Origin: Octopus vulgaris
Taxonomy: Eukaryota
Length of the DNA: 64,000 bases
Assembly: GCA_951406725.2 (NCBI GenBank)
Contig: OX597833.1
Location: 60,760,001 to 60,824,000, forward strand
Direction of reading: 5' to 3'
Part shown: positions 24,047 to 37,000 of the stretch, piece after piece
How positions within the stretch are numbered: the stretch's first letter is position 1
How the letters are laid out: the number at the start of each line of letters is the position of its first letter
Notes under the pieces: generated by a model
Told to the model about the DNA's origin: nothing
The model's database searches: none
The model's input: only the letters and a program-made list of their open reading frames with translations
Made by a program: the position numbers and the translations under genes

Positions 24047-25028
24047 CCAGATTCATAATCTCTGTATTTTTCTATGTGGATAAAAAAATTTTTTTTTTTA
24101 AAGTTACAAATTAAGAAATTGCAGTGGAGGTTGGGGATAAATTAAAATTTGGGTAACACGATTTCTGGGCAAAATCATATTAACCCACTTTTATACAATG
24201 AAACAATACACAGTTTGTGATCCTTCTTAAGTTACAGAAAGCACTTTCATACAAATCCATGCAAATTGTATCCTCCCCACTTTACTTTTAAACAAACAAT
24301 AACTTTCATTATATCGGTAATCCAGTTCACTATATATATCAGCTGTACTAATTCTGCCCACAAAAAGGAACAAATAATACAATATGGCTGTAGGTCATAA
24401 CACCCTGGCAACGCTGGGTTGCATTGCTAATAATAGATAAAGGTGAATTATTTGCAGCAGTCCTGAGAAATTAAAATTACACTCATTAATACTAATATTA
24501 TTTAATTTCTTACTATTAACTGCTGCCTTATTATCAGCTAGATTAGATGTAGTAGAGTATATGAATTTCATGGTATGCCCACTAAATATCCTACTGTATC
24601 TACAAGAAGGGGGAAAATGCTTGTCTTAATGCCCTAAAGAATATTCCTGGTATATCCATGGCTACGAGAATTCCAAAAGGGATGTTAAACCATATAATAT
24701 TTCACTTACAAAATCTAATTCTACCCATTTTGTTGTCGTTATTGAGATTGATATTGTTGATGTTACATCAATTTATTCTCCTGTTGTCATTCGATGTAAC
24801 AATTTTCCCCATGGTTAAATTTGTTGTCTTATTATAACATCAAATTGGGGTCTAATTCTGTAATTTTCTACTCTCACATTCGAATCAGGAGAATTTCAGG
24901 ATTTATTATTTTGGTTATTCATTCTGTGACTGTCATATCCTTATCAATTGTTTTATTGTCGATATACAATTCATTTCCCGTGCTTATTATTACATCTCAT
25001 TTGTTTATTTGTTACACACATATACACC

Positions 25029-25060
<32 letters not shown>

Positions 25061-25514
25061 AAGTCATGCAGCAAAGTCATTTATAAAAATCCATTCATAA
25101 GGAAAAAACGAAAAGGAATATCTAAAGAAGTGAACTGCTTCCAGTAGGAGTATTCTAAATAGATAAGGTATGTAAAAGTTTGGTGTAAAAGGAGAGAAGA
25201 AACCAAGTGTTACATTCCTAATGTATGTATACCTATTTCTTTACTACCCGCAAGGGGCTAAACACAGAAGGGACAAACAAGGACAGACAAAGGGATTAAG
25301 TCGATTACATCGACCCCAGTGCGTAACTGGTACTTAATTTATCAACCCCGAAAGGATGAAAGGCGAAGTTGACCTCGGCGGATTTGAACTCTGAACATAA
25401 CGGCAGACGAAATATGGCTACGCATTTCGCCCGGTGTGCTAACGTTTCTGCCAGCTCACCATCATATAATGTATGTATACCTCTGATTAAAGAGATGAGC
25501 TTATTCATACCTGC

Positions 25515-26070
25515 ACATACCTTTGGCTAATGTGTTAGTCCCGTCTATGACTATACACACCTCCTGGCAAATGTATTAGTCCTATCTATAGTTATACACA
25601 TCTAGTTACTATGTTAGTCCCATTTATAGCTACTTACACAACCTGGCTAACGTGTTCCATCCATAACTGTATACACCCCCTGGCTAATGTGTTAGCCCCA
25701 TTTTTTGCTACACACTCTTCTGAGCTCCTGTATTAGTACCTTCTATAGTTACACACACCTCCTAGCTAATGTGTTAGTCCCATCTGTTATACATACGCAC
25801 ACACCACCTAGCTAATATGTTAGTATCATCTATAGTACCACATCTTTCGGTTATTGTGTTCATCCTGTCTACAGTGACATATTCCTCATGGCTAGTGTAT
25901 TAGTCCCACTAGTGTATTAGCTATACCCACCTCCTGGTTAATAATGTTTTCTCTCATCCATAACTACTTACACCTCCTGGCTTATGTAAGGCCTGTCCCT
26001 AGCTTCACACTTACCTGGATAATGTGTTACTTTCATCCATTACTACATGTACCTTAGGGCTAATGAGTTG
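25515..26070. repeat. Degenerate ~41-bp minisatellite
   Basis: Recurring CACCTCCTGGCTAATGTGTTAGTCCCATCTATAG-like unit, about 13 copies. Confidence 0.8.
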
Positions 26071-26737
26071 ATTAGTTGATCATCACGACCACCCCTATAA
26101 TACATCCATTTCATATAAATTCACTTATGACTGACCACTTGCAGCTAATGTTGTTATTTTTCATTTTATATCATCTCTATATATATATAAGTGGCAAAAT
26201 GTCTGTCTGTCTGTGTGTGTGTCCTTTATACAAATCCACAATTTTTCAGTTAGAGGGCTTGCACTTTCTATGGTCATTCAAAACCGTTCAAGGGTGGTCG
26301 TGCACATCTTTACATTTCCCCAGTCACCCTGCAAAGCCATTAAAAAATCAATAGATGTGACTTTTTTGTGAATTTTCTGTCCAAAAACCCAATCAAAATG
26401 CCCGAAACTTGATACGCCAATTGAATGCCAGCTAGCTGTATGTGATTGGTCAGAGATTTGGACAGTACTGCTTTTTTATATGAGTAATAAGGCATTTCAA
26501 TAGAACATATTTACTCCCGGGAATTACTGGGTACACCAGCTAGTAATTTATAAACTAGTTCTGTCATTGGCTAAAAATCCCTGATAGGTTAATCATTGGT
26601 ACTCTGCATTTTTAATGGTAACAGTGACAGAGAGTGTTTGTTACTCATAGCTGAACAAATATCACAAAGGGTACAATGGCCGAGACGTTGTAACTATAAC
26701 AACCAAGTTGATGACACTAGTCTGAATATATCATTGT

Positions 26738-27209
26738 TTAACCCTTTCATTACTGTATTTATTTTGAGATACTCTGTGTTTCTCTTAATTATTTTAAATA
26801 TAACAAAGAATTTAGTAAAATAACTTAGTTGTCATTAAGCTAGTGTTAGGAACATAAATTGTGACTAAGGTTTCGTGGAAGATTTTTATTCAAAACTTAT
26901 GAAAACAAGACATTTGTACTACAGAGCCAGAGCCGGGTTGGTAACGAAAGGGTTAAGAATTGTTTCTCTGTTATATATTTTAACCCTTTTGTTACTATAT
27001 TTCTGTTGAGATGCTCTGTGTTTCTTTCAATTAATTTTGAATTTAATAAAGAATTTAGTAAAATAACTTAGTTGTCATTAAGCTAGTGTTAGGAACATAT
27101 ATTATGACTAAGTTTTGGTGGAAGATTTTAATTCAAAACTTATGAAAACAAGACATTTGTACTACAGAGCCAGAGCCAGTTTCAGCCGGGTTGGTAACAA
27201 AAGGGTTAA
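26738..27209. mobile_element. piggyBac-type MITE family 1, tandem dimer
   Basis: TTAA-bounded units 26738-26956 and 26980-27209 with essentially the same 23-nt spacer as at 4535-4557. Confidence 0.85.
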
Positions 27210-28503
27210 CCTTCTCAGCACTGGGCCCCTGTGTCTAATTTGACCCTCCACCTGGGTTCTGCATTTACAAACCTAGAGTAACGACTACAGGCAAACTAAT
27301 GGACAGAATCAGCTGCATCTTCTTTTCCTACGTGTGTTGTTCATTACTGCTTTACTGGCAATTCAGCCGAGATTACTGTTAACCCTTTAGCATTCAGATT
27401 TCTCTGTCAAATGTAATGCTTATTTATTCTTATTGTTTGTAATCTTCTATATATATAAACAGCAAAATGTCTGTGTGCGTGTCCTTTATACAAATCCACA
27501 ATTTTTCAGTTAGAGGGTTCGCACTTTCTATGGTCATTCAAAACCAGCCAAGGGTGGTCGTGCACATCTTTACATTTCCCCAGTCACCCTGCAAAGCCAT
27601 TAAAAAATCAATAGAAGTTACTTTTTTGTGAATTTTCTATCCAAAACCCAACCAAAGTGCACAAAACTTGATACACCAATTGAATGCCAGCTAGCTGTAT
27701 GTGATTGGTCGGAGATTTGGACAGTACTCGCGTGTATGTGCGTATGCACGCAGCTGTATATGCATGCACTAGCACTATGACCCGGCAACGCCTGATCATC
27801 GTGCTAGTCAATTATATAATATCTTGTAACTTCAAGATTTTGATGAGGTGATTGTTTATATTTAGAATGACCTTGTAGGGTTTGTGTAGGAGGCTGAATC
27901 ATCTGGCCAGTTTGAACGTAAAACAAGCAGAATATCTGAGCCAGTTAAATGCCGGTTAATGGCTGGTTAAATGCTAAAGGGTTAAACTATTCCTGCAATT
28001 GTGGGAACACAGCATAATGGGGTAAATAATGATAATTTCTGATGGAGACTGTTGGATACAGTGGCAGAGTTGTTGTGACTATAACAACCAAGAATAAGAC
28101 ACTAGCGTGAATATATATATATCAGTGGTGTGTAATAACAATGTATTGAGTACTAAATCATCTGAGAGATTTAGCTGCTGTTTCTAACAGGTTTAGTGAC
28201 CATCTGGAGGCTTGCTTGTTGGCTCCGTCTTCCAGAGTTGATCATCATATGCATTGGGGTTGCTTCAAATAGCCATACCCTTTCTCACTTTCAAAGCTAA
28301 GAAGGAAAAAAAAATTGAATCACAGGCACAGGTATGGCTGTATAGTAAGAAGTTTGCTTCTTAACCCTCATGGTTCTGGGTTCTGTCCCACTGCATGGCA
28401 CCTTAGACAAATGTTTTCTACAATAGCCTTGGGCCAACCAAAGCCTTGTGTGTGGATTTGGTATATGGAAACTGAAAGAAACCCATCGTGTATGTGTGTA
28501 TAT

Positions 28504-28541
<38 letters not shown>

Positions 28542-28782
28542 TCCCCCCACTGTCACTTGGTGAGCAGTGTTGGTATGTTTACATCCCTGTAACTTCGAGG
28601 TTTGAGAATAGAGACCAATCAAATAAGTACTAGGCTATAAAAAAAAGACTAGTACTGGGTTCAGTTCCTTTAACCAAAATTTCTTCAAGGCGGTGCCCCA
28701 GCATGGCCATAGTCGGATGACTAAAACAAGTAAACGATAAAGTACCCAAGTAAGAAAATCCAATCATCATCATCATCATCAT

Positions 28783-29160
28783 AGGCGTAGGAGTGGCTGT
28801 GTGGTAAGTAGCTTGCTTACGAACCACATGGTTCTAGGTTCAGTCCCACTGCGTGGCACCTTGAGCAAGCATCTTCTACTATAGCCTCGGGCCGACCAAA
28901 GCCTTGTGAGTGGATTTGGTAGATGGAAACTGAAAGAAGCCCATCATATATATATGTGTGTGTGTGTCTGTGTTTGTCCTCCCAACATCGCTTGGTAACC
29001 GATGCTGGCGTGTTTATGTCCCCGTAACTTAGCGCTTCGGCAAAAGAGAACCGATAGAATAAGCACTAGGCTTACAAAGAATAAGTCCTGGGGTCGATTT
29101 GCTCGACTAAAGGCGGTGCTCCAGCATGGCCGCAGTCACATGACTGAAACAAATAAATAA
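28783..29160 (+). mobile_element. SINE family A, full length (preceded by an older copy at ~28322-28745)
   Basis: Matches 2284-2670. Confidence 0.85.
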
Positions 29161-29507
29161 AGAAAAGAATAAAAAGAATCATCATCATCATCATCATCAT
29201 CATTTTTCTTCGTTTTTTTTTTTGTTTTTAATGTTTGTTGCATGCTGGATTAAGTTGGAAGGGACATGTTTCACCTGCTAGTTCACTCCTTCATTGCCTT
29301 TCTCCTTTGCTCACAAACACACACACAGACACAGAGGGAGAGAGAAAGAGAGAGGGGAGAGAGCATGAGAAAGAGAGATGGTGTGAGAGAGCGTGTGTAA
29401 GGCAGAAGAAGCTATGTCCTGTTGTTAATAGATTTTTTTAGTATTTCTAACTAGTCGACTTTCATAGCAACCTTTCTTTGTTTGTTTTCAGATCTATTTT
29501 TCCTGAA

Positions 29508-29720
29508 ATGGCCTTGTCAAAGCCTGATCCTACCCCAGAATTTGTTGATATAGAAGAATCCTATCTTTGCATTTCTTGCAAAAATGTTTTAAAGAATGCT
29601 ATGATGACACGATGTGGCCACCGCATCTGTATGGAATGTGCTGACAATTTGTTGAAAAATGTGGACAGTGTACCATGTCCTGCAAATGAGGAAGATTGTG
29701 TTACTTTGAGAAAATTTGAG
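29508..29720 (+). CDS. TRAF3: TRAF coding exon 1: RING finger
   Basis: Acceptor TTTTCAG ends at 29491, ATG at 29508, [21 protein letters not shown], donor GAG|GTTTGT. Confidence 0.92.
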
Positions 29721-30007
29721 GTTTGTATACTGAACTGTTTCAAAATTTCTTTTTTTTACAGTTTACAACTTCCTGAATCTCACTCAGATATCACATTTTT
29801 GACTGTATCAAATTTGTATTTTCATGTTGAATAACTAGTTAACAGGGTAGTAGTTGGGTAGCTGTGACACAGTTTGTAGCTGTGACACAATTGTGTATCT
29901 GTGACCATCATACCTTTTATTTAGACATATATGTATCTATTTATCTATCTGTCTGTCTATCTACATATACATTTAAACCTATATATACATGTATATATGT
30001 ATACATG

Positions 30008-30055
<48 letters not shown>

Positions 30056-30057
30056 TT

Positions 30058-30097
<40 letters not shown>

Positions 30098-30502
30098 GAG
30101 GCGCAATGGCCCAGTGGTTAGGGCAGTGGACTCACGGTTGTAGGATCGCGGTTTCGATTACCAGATTGGGCGTTGTGAGTGTTTATCGAGCGAAAACACC
30201 TAAGCTCCACGAGGCTCCGGCAGGAGGTGGTGGTGATCCCTGCTGTACTCTTTCGCCACAACTTTCTCTCACTCTTTCTTCTATTGGCCTGCTCGCTTAG
30301 CCAGTGGGGTGGCGTCATTTGAAGGCTAAAACAATGCGAAGCGCATTGTGACTGGTGATGTGTAGCAACATCTGATAGCCTGGTCGGTCACGGTGATCAC
30401 AGTGATATAAAAATATACGCGTATATATGTATATATATATAAATATACATGTGCATATATATATATATATGCACATGTATATACGTATACATGTGTGTAT
30501 AT

Positions 30503-30555
<53 letters not shown>

Positions 30556-30964
30556 CTCTTTACCCTTTTACATGTTTCAGTCATTTGACTGCAGCCATGC
30601 TGGAGCACCACCTTTAGTCGAGCAAATCGACTCCAGGATTTATTCTTTGTAAGCCTAGTACTTATTCTATCGGCCTCTTTTGCCGAACCACTAAGTTACA
30701 TGTATATATATATGTATCATCATCATCATCATCATCGTTTGATGATGATGATACATATATATATATATATATGTATGTATGTATGTATATATATATATAC
30801 ATCATGATCATCATCAATTAACGACCATTTTCCATGCTGGCATGGGTTGGACGTTTTGACTGAGGTCTGTAGATTCAGCAGCTGCACCAGGCTCCAATCT
30901 GATCTGGCAATGTTTCTACAGCTGGATGCCCTTCCTAACGCCAACCACACTGAGAGTGTAGTGG

Positions 30965-31004
<40 letters not shown>

Positions 31005-34000
31005 CATGTGAGTATATACATGTGTGTATATATTATTGATCTCTAGCCACTAAACCTTTTTTTTATTTTCTCTCTGTTTTTTTCTGTGTTCCTTCCTGTT
31101 GAAGAGCATAAGCTCGAAATGTTAAAGACTTTCTCGCTTCCCGAGCGTTAAACTAATACATCTGTTTGTTGTTTACACAACCAATAACTTTGTTACAGGC
31201 AGGATGTAAATTTAGTCCTTCATATTGTAAAAAACAGCAAAATATATGGGTTTACTAATTTAAATTTTCTTTGTGAAAAACTGATGTTTTGAATTTGCTG
31301 TAGAAAGAGGTGTGTGTTTGTATGTGTGTCACCCCAGAATCCAAAAGGGGTGGCGAATGGAAAAGATTGGGAAGCATTGAAATAAACTAATCTAAATAAT
31401 TTGTGCATTTTCAGCTCCATGAAGACTTCAGTGCAAGAAGATACATCAACCACCAACTTGTATATTGTTATAATAAATGTTATGGCTGTCCTGTAAAAAT
31501 GTTGTACAAAGATTTATCGGTAAGTACCACTTTCTTTACTACTTGTGTTCTTTGTTGTCTCTGGTTGTTGTTGTTGTTACTACTGCTGCTAATTTTTTTC
31601 CTTTTAATCCTCCCCTTCAAACACCCATATACTCTCTTTTACTCTTTTACTTGTTTCAGTCATTTTGACTGCGGCCATGCTGGAGCACCGCCTTTAATCG
31701 AGCAACTCGACCCCAGGACTTATTCTTTGTAAGCCCAGTACTTATTCTATCGGTCTGTTTTGCCGAACCGCTAAGTGACGGGGACATAAACACACCAGCA
31801 TCGGTTGTGAAGCAATGCTAGGGGGACAAACACAGACACACAAACATACATGCACACATATATATACATATATACGACGGGCTTCTTTCAGTTTCCGTCT
31901 ACCAAATCCACTCACAAGGCTTTGGTCAGCCTGGGACTATAGTAGAAGACACTTGCCCAAGGTGCCACGCAGTGGGACTGAACCCAGAACCATGTGGTTG
32001 GTAAGCAAGCTACTTACCACACAGCCACTCCTGCACCTATATGTTAAAATCAACAGGAGCAACCATCATTATTATTTCATCAACCTCGAAAGGGTGAAAG
32101 GTTAATTTTCAGCTTTCAGGGTTGATGAAATAAGTACCAGATTAGCACTGGGATCAACATCATCGGCTAATACCGTCTGCTAAAGAATTTCAATCCTTGT
32201 GCCTATAGCAGAAAAGATCATCATCATTATTATTATTATTATTGTTGTTCCTCCTCAATTCTTCTGAAAGAATGTTGACTGGTATAGTCATACCTACTGA
32301 AGACTTTTGCTGTTGTCTGTTAAAGCTACCTTGTGACAAGATCATAGTTGCCGTGCCTAGGTCCCTACAGGAACCACACTAATCCTCTGATATTGGCGTG
32401 CTGGCAGAAACGTTAGCATGCCGGATGAAATGCGTAGCCGTATTTTGTCTTCCGCTACGTTCTGAGTTCAAATTCCGCCGAGGTCAACTTTGCCTTTCAT
32501 TCTTTCAGGGTCTATTAAATAAGTACCAGTTATGCACTGGGGTCGTTATAATCGACTTAATCCGTTTGTCTGTCCTTGTTTGTCCCCTCTGTGTTTAGCC
32601 CCTTGTAGGTAGTAGAGAAATAGATATTGGTTGTCGAAATAACCTTTGCCAAGGCCTTTCTAGCAGTGGGTAGGAGTATTATGCCCCTACTTTTGGAGCA
32701 AACAGATTTATCTCCCTTATTTCTATAGCTAGTGATAATCTTTTCTACTCTAGGCATAAGACCTGAAATTTTTGGGGATGGGGCCAGCCGATTAGATCGA
32801 CCCCAGTACACAACTTGTACTTAATTTATCAACCCCAAAAGGATGAAGGGCAAAGTCAACCTCGGTGGAATTTGCACTCAGAATGTAACAGCAGAGAAAA
32901 TACCACTGGGCATTTCGTCCGACGTGCTAACGTTTCTGCCAGCTTGCCACCTTTAGTGATAACGTTGGCATCCTTCCACTCCTGACTCCATACTTCTGTG
33001 ATAAAGTACTTTAGTGCAGAAGTAACCTCTCTCCTTCAGAATCTCTGCTGGAATATTGTCTGATCCAGTATCTTTTATTTGTTTTAGTCATTAGACTGTG
33101 ACCATGATTGGGCACTGCCTTGAATTTTTATTTGTATATATCGATCCCAGTACTTTTTATTTTTTTTAAAGCCTAGTACTTATTATATCGGTCACTTTTG
33201 CTGATTTGTTGAACCACTAAGTTACAGGGATGACACCAAACCAAAATCAGTTGTGAAACAACAGGCTTATTTCAGTTTCTGTCTACCAAATACACTGACA
33301 AGGCTTTGGTTGGCCTGAGGCTGTAGTAGAAGACACTTGCCCAAGGTGCGATGCAGTGGGACTGAACTCAGAACCATGTATTTGCAAAGCAAGCTTCTTA
33401 TTGCTTTATTGCTCACAAGGGGCTAAACAGAGAGGGGACAAACAAGGACAGACAAAGGGATTAAGTCGATTACATCGCCCCCAGTGCGTAACTGTTACTT
33501 AATTTATCGACCCCGAAAGGATGAGTGGCAAAGTCGACCTCGGCGGAATTTGAACTCAGAACGTAACGACAGACGAAATACCGATAAACATTCCGCCCGG
33601 CATGGTAACGTTTCTGCCAGCTTGCCGCCTTCTTACCACGCAGCCACACCTGTGCCTATCTTCACTATTTTTATGGATTTGATGGCTGCACTAAATTCTG
33701 TCAGGTGTGGTGACTCATTAGCACAATAGCTGATAAAGTATTTCATAAAATTCCTTCATAAGTGTTGAATCTACAGGCTTAGTCTAGTTGAAATATTCCC
33801 TCCTGTACTCCACTGTTGCTTACTGATCTTTCAGCAGAGAAATGCCATTTGGTGAAGTAATTGGTCTCCTGGAACGATTCCTAGAGTCATTAGGTGTTTT
33901 CATTGTATCATAGAAATTGTGTGTCATATTTGTTTGTATACATCTAACTTTCTTGAGCTTTTGTAATCTGCCATTCAATGTTAAAGATATGAAGAGTGAA

Positions 34001-37000
34001 TTGAGCTTCCCTCAAAGAGTTTGCCACTGATTTTTGAGAGAATGTTGGTGGGAAAGATTGTCTAGAATTGCTCTTTGGGCATTTTGTATGTCATTCAAGA
34101 ACTTGCCAAATCTGCCGCAGCCTTCATTGACCCTATCTTGGTGGGTTTTACTTCTTGAATCTGATGGCTGTAGCAACAATGTCACAGACTGAGGTGGGAA
34201 ACTCTCAAAGGGCCATTCGTGCCAGCTCATGAGGTGATGAGTGTTCCTGAATCTCCCTGTTTCACCACCAGATGACAATTCTTACAAATGTTGGGAGTGT
34301 GTTCTTGCAGCAATTGAAATTCTTCACATTTTGACACTCTTGGGCACATCTGTGGGCATGTTACAGCAAGGAAGACACACCTGTTGGCATGTTGCAGCAA
34401 TAAAGACACACCTGTTGGCATGTTACAGCAATAAAGACACACCTGTTGGCATGTTACAGCAATAAAGACACACCTGTTGCCATGTTACAGCAATAAAGAC
34501 ACACCTGTTGCCATGTTACAGCAATAAAGACACACCTGTTGCCATGTTACAGCAATAAAGACACACCTGTTGCCATGTTACAGCAATAAAGACACACTTG
34601 TTGCCATGTTACAATGAAGAAGACACACCTGTTGGCATGTTACAGTGAGGAAGGCACAGCTGTTGGCATGTTGCAGCGAAGAAGACACATCTGTTGACAT
34701 GTTGCAATGGGGAAGACGCATCTTTTGATGTGTTGTAGGGAAGACATATAAAAGTAACAAAATTGTGTTCTTGGTGTGTGTGTGTGTGTGTGAAAAATAG
34801 TTTCTAATTTTGTGTTTTTTTTTAAATTTTCTTTTTTAGGATCATTCCAAACACCTGAATAATTGCGAATACTGGCAGAAAAAATGTAGCAACACAGGTT
34901 GTACATGGACAGGTTGTTTACAGGAGAAAGAGCAACATATTGAGACGTGCCCGTTTCAGATAATTAAATGTGAAGATTGTGACTCGTCAATACGGAGAAG
35001 TGACAAAACAGTCAGTAATCACCATTTACTTTTTTTCCTTTTTTTTATTTTTTCTGTTTTACTTTTTTATTTTTTAAAAATTAATTATTGTTATATGAGC
35101 AGCAAAGGTGCATGGCCTAGTAGTTAAGCCGTGATGGCAAGGTTGTTGTTTCGATTCCCGGACCGAGTGATGCATTGAGTTTCTGAGCAAAACGCTTCAT
35201 TTCATGTTGCTTCAGTCAGCTCAGCTGCAAATGAGCTGACCCTGTAACAGGCTGGTATCCTGCTCATAGGCAATATTGTGAACTTGGTCACTTAGTTGCT
35301 GTGGAAACCAAGTTTGCAGCCCTATGAGTCTTGGCACTCAGGACAGTAATATCCAGGTGACTCAATTTTCTTTTACTTTACTTACTATCTAACACTACCA
35401 GCTGACCTGTCATATGGTCTAAAACTACCCAGCTGACCTATCACTCGGTCTAACACTACCAGCTGACCTGTCACTCGGTCTAACACTACCAGCTGACCTG
35501 TTGCTTGGTCTAAAACTACCAGCTGACCTGTCACATGGTCTAACACTACCAGCTGACCTGTCGTGTGGTCTAACACTACCAGCTGACCTGTCGTGTGGTC
35601 TAACACTACCAGCTGACCTGTCGTGTGGTCTAACACTACCAGCTGACCTGTCGCTTGGTCTAACACCACCAGCTGACCTGTTGCATGGTCTAACACTACC
35701 AGCTGACCTGTCGCTTGGTCTAACACTACCAGCTGACCTGTCGCTTGGTCTAACACCACCCAGCTGACCTGTTGCATTGTCTAACTCTACCAGCTGGCCT
35801 GTCGCATGGTCTAAAACTACCCAGCTGATCTGTCGTATGGTCTAACATTACCAGCTGATCCGTCGTATGGTCTAACATTACCAGCTGATCTGTCGTATGG
35901 TCTAACATTACCAGCTGATCTGTCGTATGGTCTAACACTACCAGCTGACCTGTCACTTGGACTAACACTACCAGCTGACCTGTAGCTTGGTCTAACACCA
36001 CCAACTGACCTGTTGCATTGTCTAATACTACCAGCTGCTAAACTTGTCACATTGTCTAACATGACCAGCTGACCTGTCACATGGTCTAACACTACCAGCT
36101 GACCTGTCACATGGTATCACTAAGTATCACTACAGAGCGCTGTACAATGGAGACAAGCACAGTTAGAATTAGCAAAAACCCACTTGTTTCATCATTTTCA
36201 TATCAAAATACTTGTTTTCTGTGAAATATTATATACCATTTGAAAGTTCTGGATGTGAACTTCTCATATAGTTTTAATTAAAATCTGACAGTTACATAAC
36301 ATGTCGGTGTCCCTCAAACCCTCTGGTATTTCTATGCATTTACAAAGTTTGTCCTTTTTTTTTTTAAATGTCTGCTGAATGGTAGTTCTAGTTCAGTGAA
36401 CTGGAGCACTATGACTCAATTTGTGTTGAAAATCAGAAAGAGGAATGTTTTTGTTTTATTTTGATATTAGAAACCGATGGGGTATGTCAGGTAATTGTTA
36501 TGAAATATAAAAGTTATTATTTTGTCATTAATTTTCACTGAGAAAAGGACATATTTTCTTCAAGGTTTTTTATACCATAAGAGAGAAAAATTTCTCATGA
36601 ATTCAATATGGTCATTGCCGAATCTAGCCACAAGATGGTGAAAAAGCACAAAGTCAAAAATATTTTGATCATATACTTTTTATATATGATTAACACATAT
36701 TGACAGTATTTGTCACACTGACAGATTCCCACGCAGCGAGAAGTCAAATGGAATATGAATCAAATATTAATTTTGATCCAGATTTTTAAAAAATGGTAAG
36801 TAAATATATTTTTATCAAAAAATGCACTAAATTGAGATAAATAGGTCTTCTAGAGCCTAAAATTATCATGTAATCATCATATTGAAAATGTTGTTTATTC
36901 ACTCTTGTTGTTTAATGTGTGCTGGATGACCTCTGAATTTTACCTTGCAGGTATTTTTGCACAAAGGCGGTGAGCTGGCAGAATCGTTAGCATGCCGGGC

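Noticed and set aside
34372-36113. CRISPR-like 30-31 bp periodic arrays
   Set aside because: Units are head-to-tail with no unique spacers, there are no cas genes, and the context is a eukaryotic intron; these are minisatellites.
36725-36795. Possible extra TRAF exon (ACAG...TG|GTAAGT)
   Set aside because: 71 nt would shift the frame, the peptide is not TRAF-like, and exons 35010/45894 already join into a complete zinc finger.
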